Source of the DNA: Octopus vulgaris
Taxonomy: Eukaryota
Direction: 5' to 3'
Assembly: GCA_951406725.2 (NCBI GenBank)
Contig: OX597815.1
Span: 187,798,001-187,862,000, forward strand
Length of the DNA: 64,000 bases
This document shows positions 1 through 11,795 of this stretch, piece by piece. Under the pieces are notes generated by a model. The model searched no databases. It was not told the origin of the DNA and saw nothing but the letters and a program-made list of their open reading frames with translations. The stretch's first letter is position 1. Each line of letters opens with the position of its first letter. The position numbers and the translations under genes were made by a program.

Positions 1-349
1 TCGAGGCCCCATCCCTTCAATCAAAATTCATTATCTACACATCTTTTTATTCATAGCTGTATTTTACTTTCTTCCATCTGAAGTTCAGTGTTTCACGTTA
101 TCCTAAATAACATCTTTAAAAGTACAAGTTAAATTTATTTAGGTCTGTTACAAATTTCAATAAGTAAAAACCTCCAGACATGAATAAAAGAGCATTTTTA
201 TAATCCAGAAAACTTTCAAAGACAAACACGGCACACTTTTTGCTTTGCGAAATCATTGTTCAGTTCAGAATAATCAGGCTGAGAGCTAAGTTCACATTCA
301 ATAGATATCATAGACAATCCACAAAGTCTGGTACTCGTTCATGGTACAA

Positions 350-760
350 TACTCTTTACTCTTTTACTCTTTTACTTGTTTCAGTCATTTGACTGCAGCC
401 ATGCTGGAGCACCGCCTTTAATCGAGCAACTCGACCCCGGGACTTATTCTTTTGTAAGCCCAGTACTTATTCTATCGGTCTCTTTTGCCGAACCGCTAAG
501 TAATGGGGACATAAACACACCAGCATCGGTTGTGAAGCAATGCTAGGGGGACAAACACAGACGCACAAACACACACACGCATATATATATATATACATAT
601 ATACGACGGGCTTCTTTCAGTTTCCGTCTACCAAATCCACTCACAAGGCTTTGGTCGGCCCGAGACTATAGTAGAAGACACTTGCCCAAGGTGCCACGCA
701 GTGGGACTGAACCCGGAACCATGTGGTTGGTAAACAAGCTACTTACCACACAGCCACTCC
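350..760 (-). mobile_element. tRNA-headed SINE, family A (internal (CA/TA)n tract), near full length
   Basis: Minus strand begins GGAGTGGCTGTGTGGTAAG (A-box-like) and GGTTCCGGGTTCAGTCCC (B-box-like), and ends in a (GAGTAAA)n-type tail. Further copies at about 11330-11706(+), 24458-24840(-), 27402-27790(-), 28434-28823(-), 29225-29605(-), 33018-33870(-), 34990-35363(-), 40590-41275(+), 53905-54288(+), 59470-59797(-), 61880-62265(-) and 62390-62709(-). Confidence 0.9.
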
Positions 761-1154
761 TTTGCAGGTACAATGTATTACCATTTTATTTCTTGAAATT
801 TTCACTTAACATAACTAGTTTAATTCTTATTCCCCATCTTAAACAAAATAAATAGATAACTTATCTACGTACTTTGATGTTAATACGGGGTGCCTCGACC
901 ACAGAGACTCCCTGCGAAGACAGAGCTTGCAGGGGCTTAGTGACAGCCCTGCTCGTATGGCTATTATTAAGGTGATGCATTGGGAGAATCGGTAAAGCTT
1001 CAGAAAAATTGCCTTGCAGCATCTTGCTGTATAACTCTATGTTCTGGTTTCAAAACCTGTTGTGGTCTAATTTGTTTTTAATCCTACTGTGTTGATAAAG
1101 TACCACTGAAGGACTAAAACTGATGCAGTCAATCTTAGTACTGAATTGATGTCT

Positions 1155-1603
1155 CCTGTGCTGGTGGCACATAAAAAGCACCATCTGAATGTGGCTGATG
1201 CCAGGTCCGCCTGACTGGCTCCTGTGCCAGTGACATGTAAAAAGCACCATCCAAATGTGGCTGATGCTTGTACCCCCAGACAGGCTCCTGTGCTGGTGAC
1301 ATGTAAAAAGCACCATCCAAACATGGCCGATACCAGTACCCCCAGACTGGCTCCTGTGCCAGTGGCATGTAAAAAGCACCATCTGAATGTAATCAATGCC
1401 AGGCCCACCTGACTGACTCCTGTGCCGGTGGCACGTAAAAAACACCCACTGCACACTTGGAGTGGTCGGCATTAGGAAGGGCATCCAGCTGTGGAAACAT
1501 TGCTTGATCAGATTGGAGCCTGGTGCAGCTGCTGGCATTCCAGACCTCAGTCAAACCGTCCAACCCATGCCAGCATGGAAAATGGGCGTTAAATGATGAT
1601 GAT
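1155..1603 (+). mobile_element. RTE-type LINE 3'UTR fragment with ~60-bp tandem units and (GAT)n tail
   Basis: Same 3'UTR as the RT-bearing copy at 41591-42829: about five units of CCTGTGCCGGTGGCACGTAAAAAGCACC, then GGCATTAGGAAGGGCATCCAGCTG...ATGATGATGAT. Other copies at about 4370-4498, 26005-26423, 28195-28305, 33265-33747, 49250-49690, and on the minus strand at 9280-9490, 19215-19610 and 57800-58050. Confidence 0.85.
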
Positions 1604-2209
1604 CTAGCAGGAATAACCTAAACATAATCTCTTCCAGATTCCCATTAAAGTGGTAATGAATAACACACGTAGAAAAAGAAGATAGAATACTAAAAATAGA
1701 CAACCAATCACGTTGCACCTTTATAGCTGAGTGTGTTTATGATTCATTGTTAATGGTATCCCACCTAGATGTTCGATTTTGTTTTCAATTGAAAAAAGAA
1801 AATAGATTTTTTGCCTTGAAACAAGCATGTGGTGAACCCAGCACTTTGTCCGGTAAATGAACAAAGCCCAGACTCTTTGTAATTGAGGAAACAGTTGATG
1901 ACATTTAATTTTTTGGATGAAGAGTTTACCCTTACACAGAGAATGAGATTGATTCAGAAAATAAAACTGTTGAAAGTGATGAGAAAAGTAGCAAATCAGA
2001 TAAACAAATTAAGAGAGAAGCCTATTATTGTTATTGGCCTGAATTTTTTTTTGTGATTCTGTCCTTTATTTTGACTGGAGTCATTGCTCATGAGCTGTGT
2101 ATACAACTATTAATTTTAATTTAATTTAATTTTTTTTACTTAAGAGCCCAGATGGAAAGTAAAATTAGACAAAGGGGCCTAGGTGCAAGAGGGTTAATAT
2201 TAAGATTAT

Positions 2210-2680
2210 TAAGGTGGCGAGGTGGCAGAAATGTTAGCATGCTGGGCAAAATTCTTAGTGGTATTTCGTCTATCTTTACATTCTGAGTTCAAATACCTGT
2301 TTCTTTGCTACCCACAAGGGGCTAAACACAGAAGGAACAAACAAGGACAGACAGATGGATTAAGTCGATTATATTGACTCCAGTGCGTAACAGGTACTTA
2401 ATTTATTGACCCCAAAAGGACGAAAGGCAAAGTCGACCTCAGCGGAATTTGAACTCAGAACGTAACGGCAGACGAAATACCTCTAAGCATTTCGCCCGGC
2501 ATGCTAACGTTTCTGCCAGCTTGCTGCCTTCTCTGAGTTCAAATACCGCCAAGGCTGCCTTTGCCTTTCTTCCTCTTGGGGGTCAATAAATTAAGTACCA
2601 GTGAAACCCTGTGGTTGGTGTAATTAAGTAGCCACCTCTCCCAAAATTTCAGGCCTTGTGCCTAGGGTAGCAAAGAATAT
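2210..2680 (+). mobile_element. tRNA-headed SINE family B with an antisense family-B copy nested inside (about 2298-2531)
   Basis: Head reads AAGGTGGCGAGGTGGCAGAAATGTTAGCA...GAGTTCAAAT. The inner copy is flanked by the duplication TCTGAGTTCAAATACC (2282-2297 and 2532-2547). Other family-B copies at about 3990-4208, 15135-15527, 31206-31422, 43147-43380, 44000-44212, 48410-48800, 50855-51085, 55190-55658, 56660-57495 and 63268-64000. Confidence 0.9.
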
Positions 2681-4497
2681 TAAGATTAGCACAATTACTA
2701 AAGAATTGGGTAAAATGTCTTGCAGTGTTTGGTCTGGCTCTTTACATTCTGATTTTAAATTCCTCTGAAGTCATTTTAACCTTTTATACTTCTGGGGTTA
2801 AATAAAACACTTGTCAAATATTAGGGTCCATGTAACCAAGTAACCCTCTCTCACAAATTTGTGGACTTGTGCTTTTAAAAATAATAATAATTGTTACTAT
2901 TTTTTTTCAAAATATGTAAGAGGCATATTTTGTTTCTGAGAGAAGGTTTAATGAATGTTATAAATTTTGCGTTGTATCCTGGGAAAGGGGCCTTAACCTA
3001 TTTTTTCATACCCTCTAATTGGAGAGTAGTTCCTTTATATGGTGTGTGCTACAAAGGATATCCATATACAAAAACACCTATTATTTCTAAAATAGAAGGC
3101 AAACACTTTTTTCTCCTGCCATTTAATACTAACTTTGTTTTTATATTTATATCTCTTAATTACATTTCCATTTTAGTGTCTTATTTTGCATTACAGGCAT
3201 TAGATACACAAAAATATATATAAATACACAAAATATTTAAAATCATTTATTTTATCAGTAAACATATAACTTCTAGATGAAAGTAAATAATTCAATATTT
3301 TCATGCATTATTTTGTTTGTAGTATCTATAAAATTTTGATTCTCTATTAACAGAAGCTTTCTCAAACATTAAATTTAGTCTATTCGAGATGTAACGGCTT
3401 TCTTTACATTTTTTTTGCGAAAATGTTTAGGTTCATTTTATTTTCTTTTTATCAGGCCTAACAGCTCTGCACTCAATTCATTTGTTGTGGGGAAAGAATA
3501 AAGGATCACGTTGGATCTTTTAAATTAAAGAAATGGAAATTATATTGTCATTTTTATTATGGTAAATACCTTTAAAAGTTTATTAATGATTCAGTAATCA
3601 AAAATAAACTTCCATGTGAATGCAACCCTTTTTGTATTTCACAGCAAAAAGGATCGAGTCATAAATATTGATTTTTAACGATCATAATAATTTCTTGTGC
3701 AGAAGCGCAAGATTAATATTATTTGTGTAGTTAAAGCTCCTTCCCGAGTCATATACACTCAGAAGGATGGTTTTCCAGTTTTTGTGGTGTATACATTTTC
3801 CCCTGGATGGGATGATAGTCTGTTGTAGGATAGTGTTGTTGAGTGAGCTGGTGTGACATGAAATGAAGTGTTTTGCTCTCAAGAATACAATGCATTACTT
3901 GGTTCAGGAATTGAAAACACAATCTTACATTCATGAGACCAACACACCAACCACTAAGCCATGTGCCATTGCCATTATTTATGCAGGAGAAGGCAGCAAG
4001 CTGGCTTAATTGTTAGCACGCTGGATGAAATACTTAGTAGTATTTTGCCTATTGCTACATTCTGAGTTCAAATTCTGCTGAGATCGAGCCTGCCTTTCAT
4101 CCTTTCGGGGTCAATAAATTAAGTACCAGTTGTGTACTGGGACTGATCTAATCAACTGGCCCCCTCTCTCCCCAAATTTCGGGCCCTGTGCCTAGAGTAG
4201 AAAAGAATCATTGTTTAGCATAGGGGTAGAACCCCTCACCTGCATTCAAATTTTTGACTACCCACAAATATGATCTCTAAAATTACATGTGAGAAAAACC
4301 AACAAGACCAGGTTAAACCTTAAAACTAAAGCAGTCATTTATGTTATAAAGCAATGAATTTGCACCCCCTTGACTGGTTCCTGTGCTGGTGGCATGTAAA
4401 AAGCACCATCCAAATGTGATCGACGCCAGGCCCACTTGACTGGCTCCTGTGCTGGTAGCACGTCAAACACACCCACTATACTCTCAGAGTGTTTGGC

Positions 4498-5090
4498 ATC
4501 TGATAGATAGACATTTTCCAGTCAACCATACTTACAGAAAGCTCTTCAATAGACATAACTTAAAATTCAGTTTCAGCTCTATTACCAATTTTAAAAATAT
4601 AATCGCACACAACACACAAAAACCACAGTATGAAACCAGCTGTTCATGCAGGGATAAAAATTTATGACCACAAAATGGAGCTTGCATGTCCAAGGCCATC
4701 ATTTATGAAGCCACCATGAACTCTATATCCACTAAGGACACGATTTCGACGAAGAAATATGTGCATCTTACAGAGGGTAATTTCAAGGCCAGGTTCAATA
4801 ATCACACCTTGAGCTTCAGGCACTGGGATAAAAGGAAAACAACCAAATTATCCAGTCATATATGGTCCTTAAAAGATAAAAGTGTCAGTTACAACATCCA
4901 TTGGAAGATCTTAGCCAAGTGTAAGCCCTACACCAACAGCAGTGGAAAGTGCGGTCTTTGTGATATGGAAAGATGGCTCATCTGGAAAAGCCGCTTAGAC
5001 ACTGCTACATGTCTGAATTCAAGAACTGAACTTTTCGGGTCATGCCCTTATGTGGCTAAATATTTGTTATGTTTTTGGACCCCTGAGATT
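4498..5090 (+). pseudogene. Penelope-like element 3' fragment: RT-thumb end, CxCx5C linker and C-terminal GIY-YIG endonuclease (Hydra-clade-like), decayed
   Basis: One frame reads LIDRHFPVNHTYRKLFNRHNLKFSFS...CSCRDKNL*PQNGACMSKAIIYEAT...KKYVHLTEGNFKARFNNHTLSF...KLSSHIWSLK...WKIL...KCGLCDMERW...LNSRTELFGSC. This matches PLE GIY-YIG motifs (IIY, Y(IG), R, H, CxxC, E, LN). ORFs 4449..4667 and 4686..5237 are in the same frame. Confidence 0.85.
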
Positions 5091-5748
5091 ACAGATAGGA
5101 CTTGCTTTCTATATTGTGTCTATGTACAAGCTTTTTACCTCTTTATACTTTTTACTTATATTTCTATATTTTTATATATATTTATATATTTTTTATACAT
5201 ATATTTTTTACATATTTATAGAGATATTGTTTTATAGGTTTATTGCTCATATATTTTTTACACATATTTTTTCTGTATTCCATCTTCCATCCTGTATTTT
5301 TCCGTGCATATATAGATGTGTATATGGAATCCTTTGTGCACATGTGTGGATGTGTGCGGGTATGTGCATATATAAATATGTGTGTGCATGCATGAGAGTA
5401 TGTGTGTATATAGACGTATTTTACTCATTGTTTTTTTACACTTTTTCCTGTATTTTTGCCTTTAGCCATTTTTTCTTGTGCATGAGCGTATATAGAAGTG
5501 TGTATGAACATTTTTGTGTGTGTGTATATAGATGTGTGTGGGTATGCCCGTATATAGACGTGTGTGTGCGTGCATACAGGTATGTGCATATATAGATGTG
5601 TTTTACTCTTATTGCTTATTTTTTTATACTTCTTTACACTTTCTGTATTGTTGCCCTTAGTCCTGTTTTTTCTTGTGCTTGTGCATATATAGACATGTGT
5701 ATGAACCTTTGTGGTGCACGTGGGTATGTGTGGGATTGTATGTGTATA

Positions 5749-5780
<32 letters not shown>

Positions 5781-6199
5781 CTAGTTTCAGCTTATGAGCT
5801 GTGGCCATGCTGGGACACCGCCATTTGGTGTTGCTACTTGGTTTCACTTCACGAAAGCTTTCTAGCAACTGCCATTTGGTGCATGAGAGAGTTCGATGCA
5901 GCTGCCCTCATATATATATATATATATATCTTTTGGTGAATGGTGCGGGTGAAAATGTGTATGTTTCAAGTGTGGGTGGATGAGTGTATACTTATAGATG
6001 CATGTATGTGGGTATGCAGGTGCGCATGTGTAGGTATGGCCATGTGCGCTTACGCGAATACTATGTACATTTTTACCCCCTTACTTTTACTCCCTCCCCT
6101 CACTTAGAGATCATTCAAATAGCTTTTTGTCTTAATAACGGTCAATCACACAGTAATTTCCCTTTGTTTAACGGTCATTTTCATAGCATTTTCCTGATA

Positions 6200-6271
6200 A
6201 CATACATATATACACATATATATATACATACATATATATATACATATATATATATATATGTATATATATAC

Positions 6272-6332
<61 letters not shown>

Positions 6333-6342
6333 TACATACATA

Positions 6343-6378
<36 letters not shown>

Positions 6379-6381
6379 CAC

Positions 6382-6428
<47 letters not shown>

Positions 6429-6485
6429 TATACATACATACATAAATATATATATATATGCATACATACACACATGTATATATAT
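6200..6485. repeat. Compound (TA)n/(TACA)n microsatellite
   Basis: Direct reading; it generates the spurious YI-rich ORFs in the track. Confidence 0.95.
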
Positions 6486-6967
6486 CATGCAAGTTGATAT
6501 TAAAAGGGTTAAAAACATTTTTTTTATTGAAATTAACTTTTAGTGTCATTAAGAGGTGCCAGAATCTTTATAATTATTATTTTCGTCCTCTTTGTTTAAG
6601 TAAAGAGTAAATTTCAATTCATTAAGAATTTTTTGCATACCTCATTCAGTAATCTTAGACTTTCCTGATTTATCATAATGCATAATGTTAGTTTACTTTG
6701 AGTTCTTTCCATTAGTTTAATTTTGTTTAATATCATTAATCTAAATGTTGTTAGAAGTAACTGTGTTATTTATTAATCCATTACAGCTTTTATTGATTTA
6801 TTCCTTTACTAAAATACATCTGGGTATATCATTAACAAATCATGGTGTGTTATTATTATTCGCTTTTAGAAAACTAGATTTTATTTGAGAGAAAAACGTA
6901 TCTTAATGTTTACTTAATAAGGCAGCCGTGATTACAAAATGTGATCTAGAAACTCATTCTTCTAGTG

Positions 6968-7324
6968 CAGTGCTTTTCAACATTTTTGCTGGAGTGGGTG
7001 GATGAGTGTATACTTATAGACGCATGTATGTGGGTATGCAGGTGCGCATGTGTAGGTATGGACATGCACGCTTATGCGAATACTATGTACATTTTTACCC
7101 CCTTACTTTTACTCCCTCCCCTCACTTAGAGATCATTCCCCAAGGAAACATTCCACTGGCTCGAGGAACCCCTGTCCAATAATTTAATAGTCTTATGCAT
7201 ACATATCTGCACAGGAGAATTAAAAATTACTGCCGATTTTAGCAGTTTTGTAACTTCTTGCGGAACCCCTGGACTGTACTAGTGGAACCCTAAGGTTCTG
7301 CGGAACCCTGGTTGAAAACCACTG
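6968..7324. mobile_element. hAT-type (Charlie-like) MITE with 8-bp TSD
   Basis: TIRs CAGTGCTTTTCAAC / GTTGAAAACCACTG; perfect TSD TTCTAGTG at 6960-6967 and 7325-7332; internal GGAACCC repeats. Confidence 0.9.
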
Positions 7325-7530
7325 TTCTAGTGTATGAATTTTAAAATGCATTTCTCTTTGAGAAATAAAGCTTATTTTAGGAAGAATTTTCTCATTAATT
7401 ACCTCATATTAATTAGGAAATACTAAAGTTCAAACAAAAGTGTTTCTGAATACTTGTTTTTTTTTTTTACCTTAAACGGATCAAGGAGTTTGAAAAGTAA
7501 TATTTTTAACATTGATGAAATATATCTCGT

Positions 7531-7739
7531 TTTTGGATTTGGTTTGCAAGATTCTTTATATGAGTTTGTGTGTTGAAGCATATTCTGTTGTGTCTGGGGA
7601 GAATCATTTTCTTTTTGAGCCTTATAATGTAACACAATCACTGGTAAATAAAAATAAGAAATAAGAGGAAATTTTACCAATGAGTGTGTTACATTATAAG
7701 GCACAAAAAGAAAATGACTCTCCCCAGACACAACAGAAT
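7531..7739. mobile_element. Fold-back repeat remnant, probably a PLE pseudo-LTR with an inverted segment
   Basis: Inverted arms 7582-7648 and 7673-7739 with few mismatches. The same family occurs at about 11930-12230 and 43495-43771, each again with an inverted copy. PLE origin is inferred from architecture. Confidence 0.65.
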
Positions 7740-9647
7740 GATGAAGTTTTGGAGGATTTGCAAATTGGCAAGAATGGAAATGAACTTATTGAAATAATCA
7801 TTTTATGCCTAGAACTATGGTGCTTAGGACTGCTGACAAAAATGTACAATAGTTTAGAACAGGCAGAGGCAAACATGGCCTGCAGGACTTAATGAATGGC
7901 ATCCCTCATGAAAAATTACTTTGGATTTCTTTTGTAGTGCTGTCAGCTTGATGATGAGTCATGTCTCATGTGGCCTGCTTCTCAAAAAATGGTTGCCTAT
8001 CCTTGATTTGGAATAATTTTACTAATACACCAATCTGTTAGCATTGCCCTTCAGACTTAGTTTTAGAAAACATCAAGTAAAGAATATTGATAAAATTTTC
8101 ATAAGACTTCATTTAATCATCAGAAAAATGATTATGTTGGAAATGTCATTAAAAGTTTAGGCTGTTGCTATGTACAATCTACAATGATTGAAATGAAGAT
8201 GTTTTTGAGCTTTTACGTTTTTAAAGAATGAAAACCATATTGATTTTTAGTGTAATCATGTGATCTCTAAGTAAAAAAGAAAAAAAAACCCAGAGAAGTG
8301 TATAAGCATTAATTTCCTTTGTAGAATACATTTTAGTAAAGTGCCCAGAAAAACGGGCTTTTGGAAACAAACGTTGAAGCATCTTTATATAATTTCAAAT
8401 GTATAATTGAGGCTTTGTATATTTTACAATTGTTATTATAAGCAGTGCATAGATTGTTTTACATACATACATGCATGCATTTCGTTTACAAAATTAACTG
8501 ACCATGACCCCCCCCCCTCCATTTGTAAAGAGGTTTTGTGCCTCTGACCATTTCTGTCAGATGAGTTGCCTATACAGCTGAGAACTTTACTGGTGTGAAA
8601 CCAATGGTCACTCTCTGACCAGCCATGACCACCTCTAAAGTTTTTGGTCAGCCTGAATCTATAGTAGAAGACACTTGCCCAAGGTGCCATGCAGAGGGAC
8701 TGAACCTGAAACCACGTGGTTGGGAAGCAAGCTTCTTACTACACAGCCATTCCTGCACCGATATATATTCCTTTATTTCAAATAAAAGCAGTTATTTATT
8801 CTTCATATGTCATTCTGTGAGTCTTCCATTTCTTGTTAATGCCCTCTTTTCCTCTATAATCTTGATTTCATGTCAAAAAGAACTAACCAGGAAGAAATGT
8901 AATGGCAGCTGTGATGTGAAAACAGTAAGTTTATGGAATAATTACATGACAAAATGCCATTACATTATCATTTGGACAATATTTCTAAATAGTAAGAGTG
9001 ATATTGTAGAGAAAGAAACCAATCACAAAAGGAGTTCAGTTCTTGATAATTTATGTACAGAACATTATTTTACATTACCTTATAAATTATTTTATGTGTC
9101 CTTATATTGGTGTATGTATGGCTATGTTAAGAAGCTAGTGCAGGCCACCTTGGGCAACTGTCTTTGGTCAGCTCCTGGCTGGCCAAAGCTTTTATGAGCA
9201 GATATAGCAGTCATAAACTGAAAGAAGCCCTGTATCTGTGCATGTGTGTGTATAACACTGTCTGCATATCATGTCATTATCATTTAATGTCCATTTTCTG
9301 TGCTGGCATGAGTTAGAAAGCTTCATAGAAGTGGGTAAGTCCAGAGGCCCCAACAGTTTCCATTTTGGCTTAGTTTCTGCAACTGAGCACCCTTCCTAAT
9401 TCCAGCCACTTTACAGAGTGCTTTTTTACGTGGCTCCAGCACCAGTGCTTTTTTTTTTTTTATGTGACTCCAATACTTTTTATGTGGCACCGAGCATCAC
9501 TGCCATACAATTGATGTTGTTCACATGCAGTCTTCAGTGGGAAACAGGTCTAGCTAAATACTGCCTTGCTTGGAAACTGGTGAGCATAGGTGACAGGAAG
9601 AGCATCCAGCCACAGAAATCTACTTCAACAAATTCCATCTGGAAAAA

Positions 9648-10504
9648 TGTTGTAGTGAAACGGTACACCCCAGGCCGGATTAAGACCCACAGAGGCCCTA
9701 AGCTTTTAAAAGATTTTCGTGCCCCCACATATACATGATTCAAAATATAAACAACAATAATAATCCAGGAAGTAAATTTGTATTTTCCATAATGAAACAA
9801 AACTGAGAGTAAGATGGAAAATAATGTTTATTTTTGTATCCTTCCGCTTTGTTTATGCTTGAAAACTTTTCTCCTACTTTTTTTTTTAATTGCAAAGTCT
9901 TTGATCAGATTCTCAAAATTAATTTTACATAGTACAGTTGCTTCTATACTTAGTAGACATAAGGCATCCAGCCTGCCTTGTTGAACAGTTATTTTGATGA
10001 GATTTTTAATATACTTCAACTGAGAAAATGAATGCTCCAGCTGAGCAATTTGTGACCATTAATGTTAAGAATATACAAAACACAATGTCTACATTTAGAA
10101 AGGTACACTCAATAATGTTTATTTTAGTAAGATTAAAGTGATTTCTTTTGTACTATAAACCATTTACCATTTCTGTGGTGCTCCACCCTTTCCCTTGATG
10201 TCCCAAGCACATGCTTATTTTGCTTAATGGTTAATCCAGTGCTTGGTACACCCCTTCCCTCATGGCAAAGTGGTATGATACAGCCACTATGAAGTCAGAC
10301 AGTCAGTCATTGTAGAGAAGTCAGTCAGTAGTAGTAGTAGAGTCACTGTATGAGTTTCTCAGTTGGAGTTAGTGTCAGTTACATGGTATATACGAGTTCG
10401 AGTTACCATTAAGATAGACGTTTCGAAGTCATTGTCTTGCAGAGCTATCAGCATGATAGACGAGTCAAAGATGTGAAATACTGCCACAACATAATAGTGG
10501 TGAC
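9648..10504 (+). mobile_element. Putative LTR with downstream PBS, interrupted by a hAT element
   Basis: Starts TGTTGTAG (9648), ends CCACAACA (10491), and is followed by TAATAG-TGGTGAC (PBS-like). About 260 bp after removing the hAT insert. No second LTR or pol seen. Confidence 0.45.
9671..10245 (-). mobile_element. Internally deleted hAT transposon retaining the C-terminal dimerisation-domain remnant
   Basis: Perfect 8-bp TSD GTACACCC (9663-9670 and 10246-10253); imperfect TIRs CAGGCCGGATTAA / TTAATCCAGTGCTTG. Minus-strand peptide reads TLMVTNCSA/(frameshift)HSFSQLKYIKN...QGRLDALCLLSIE...DFAIKKKSRRK. Confidence 0.85.
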
Positions 10505-10555
10505 AAGAATATCACAGTGCCGACAACCACATAAATGTAGTCCAGTGATTGTTAA

Positions 10556-11225
10556 CCCTTTCGTTACTCTATTTATTTTGAGATGTTCTGTGTTTCTTTC
10601 AATTATTTAAAATATAACAAAGAATTTAGTAAAATAACTTTGTTATCATTCAGCTGGTGTTTGGAACATAAATTGTGACTAAGGTTTGGTGGAAGATATT
10701 AATTCAGAACTTATGAAAACAAGACATTTGTACTACAGAACCAGAAGCAGTTTCAGTCGGGTTGGTATCAAAAGGGTTAAATGCTAAAGTGTTAATCTCT
10801 CAACCTGCACAAAGACACTACCTTTGGTGCTTCTCCAGCTGCCACATACAAAGCACCAGTGCTAATGCCACATACAGAGCACCCAGTGCACTCTTTAACC
10901 ATTTTGTTACCATATTTCTGTTAAGATACTCTGTTTCTTTCAATTATTTAAAATATAACAAAGAATTTAGTAAAATAACTTAGTTATCATTAAGCTAGTG
11001 TTAGGAACATAAATTGTGACTAAGGTTTGGTGGAAGATTTTAATTCAAAACTTATGAAAACAAGACATTTGTACTATAGAGCCAGAGGTAGTTTCAGACA
11101 GGTTGGTATCGAAAGGGTTAAATTAATCATATGTTAGCCCTTTTGTTGTCATATTTCCTTTGAGATGCTCTGTGTTTCTTTCAATTAATTTTAAATATAA
11201 CAAATAATTTAGTTAAATAACTTGG
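10556..11225. mobile_element. Cluster of three piggyBac-like (TTAA) MITE copies
   Basis: TTAA-CCCTTTCG...AAAAGGG-TTAA at 10556-10776, a second copy at 10899-11117, and a partial third from about 11138. Related copies at about 32490-32670 and 45730-46449. Confidence 0.85.
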
Positions 11226-11461
11226 TATCAATGACTAAAGCAAGCAAAAAATAAAAGATAATAATGACTTCTAATTCAAAGCCAAGAGTTTGCAGTGGAG
11301 AAATATAATCTTTTGAATTAAGTTTTAAATATGATCCTGGGTTCGTTCCCACTGCATAGCACCTTGGGTAAGTGTCTTCTACTATAGCCTTGGGCCGACC
11401 AAAGCCTTGTGAGTGGATTTGGTAGACAGAAACTGAAAGAAGCCCATCATGTGTGTGTGTG

Positions 11462-11498
<37 letters not shown>

Positions 11499-11795
11499 TT
11501 GTGTGTTTGCTTTTGTTGCCCCACCATCACTTGACAACCAATGTTAATGTGTTTATGTCCCTGTAACTTAGCAGTTCAGCAAAAGATACCGATAGAATAA
11601 GCACTAGGCTTACAAAGAATAAGTCCTGGGGTCGATTTGTTCATCTAAAGGCGGTGCTCCAGCATGGCCACAGTCAAATGACTGAAACTAATAAAAGAAT
11701 AAAGAATATTTACTGCATATTTGTCTGTTCTTGAAGGATTTCTGGAGATACAAAACTAAACACTGCTATTCATTTAGTCCATCACTCTGTCAATA

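Noticed and set aside
1155-1450. CRISPR-like alternation of a conserved ~28-bp repeat and ~33-bp spacers, also at 12940-13225, 33290-33575, 42440-42670 and 49310-49520
   Set aside because: The spacers are homologous to one another, the arrays are the 3'UTR of an RTE LINE, the context is eukaryotic and there are no cas genes.
1050-1538. Recurrent ORFs with VLFTCHRHR or FLQLDALPNANH motifs
   Set aside because: These are antisense or off-frame readings of the RTE 3'UTR tandem repeat, recurring at every copy.
1855-2197. Acidic peptide remnant and GGG-TTAA end suggesting a deleted piggyBac
   Set aside because: No matching left TIR or TSD and no catalytic motif was found; too weak to annotate.
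8625-9197. 190-aa ORF
   Set aside because: It starts and ends in SINE fragments, has no recognisable domain, and is likely a chance open frame.
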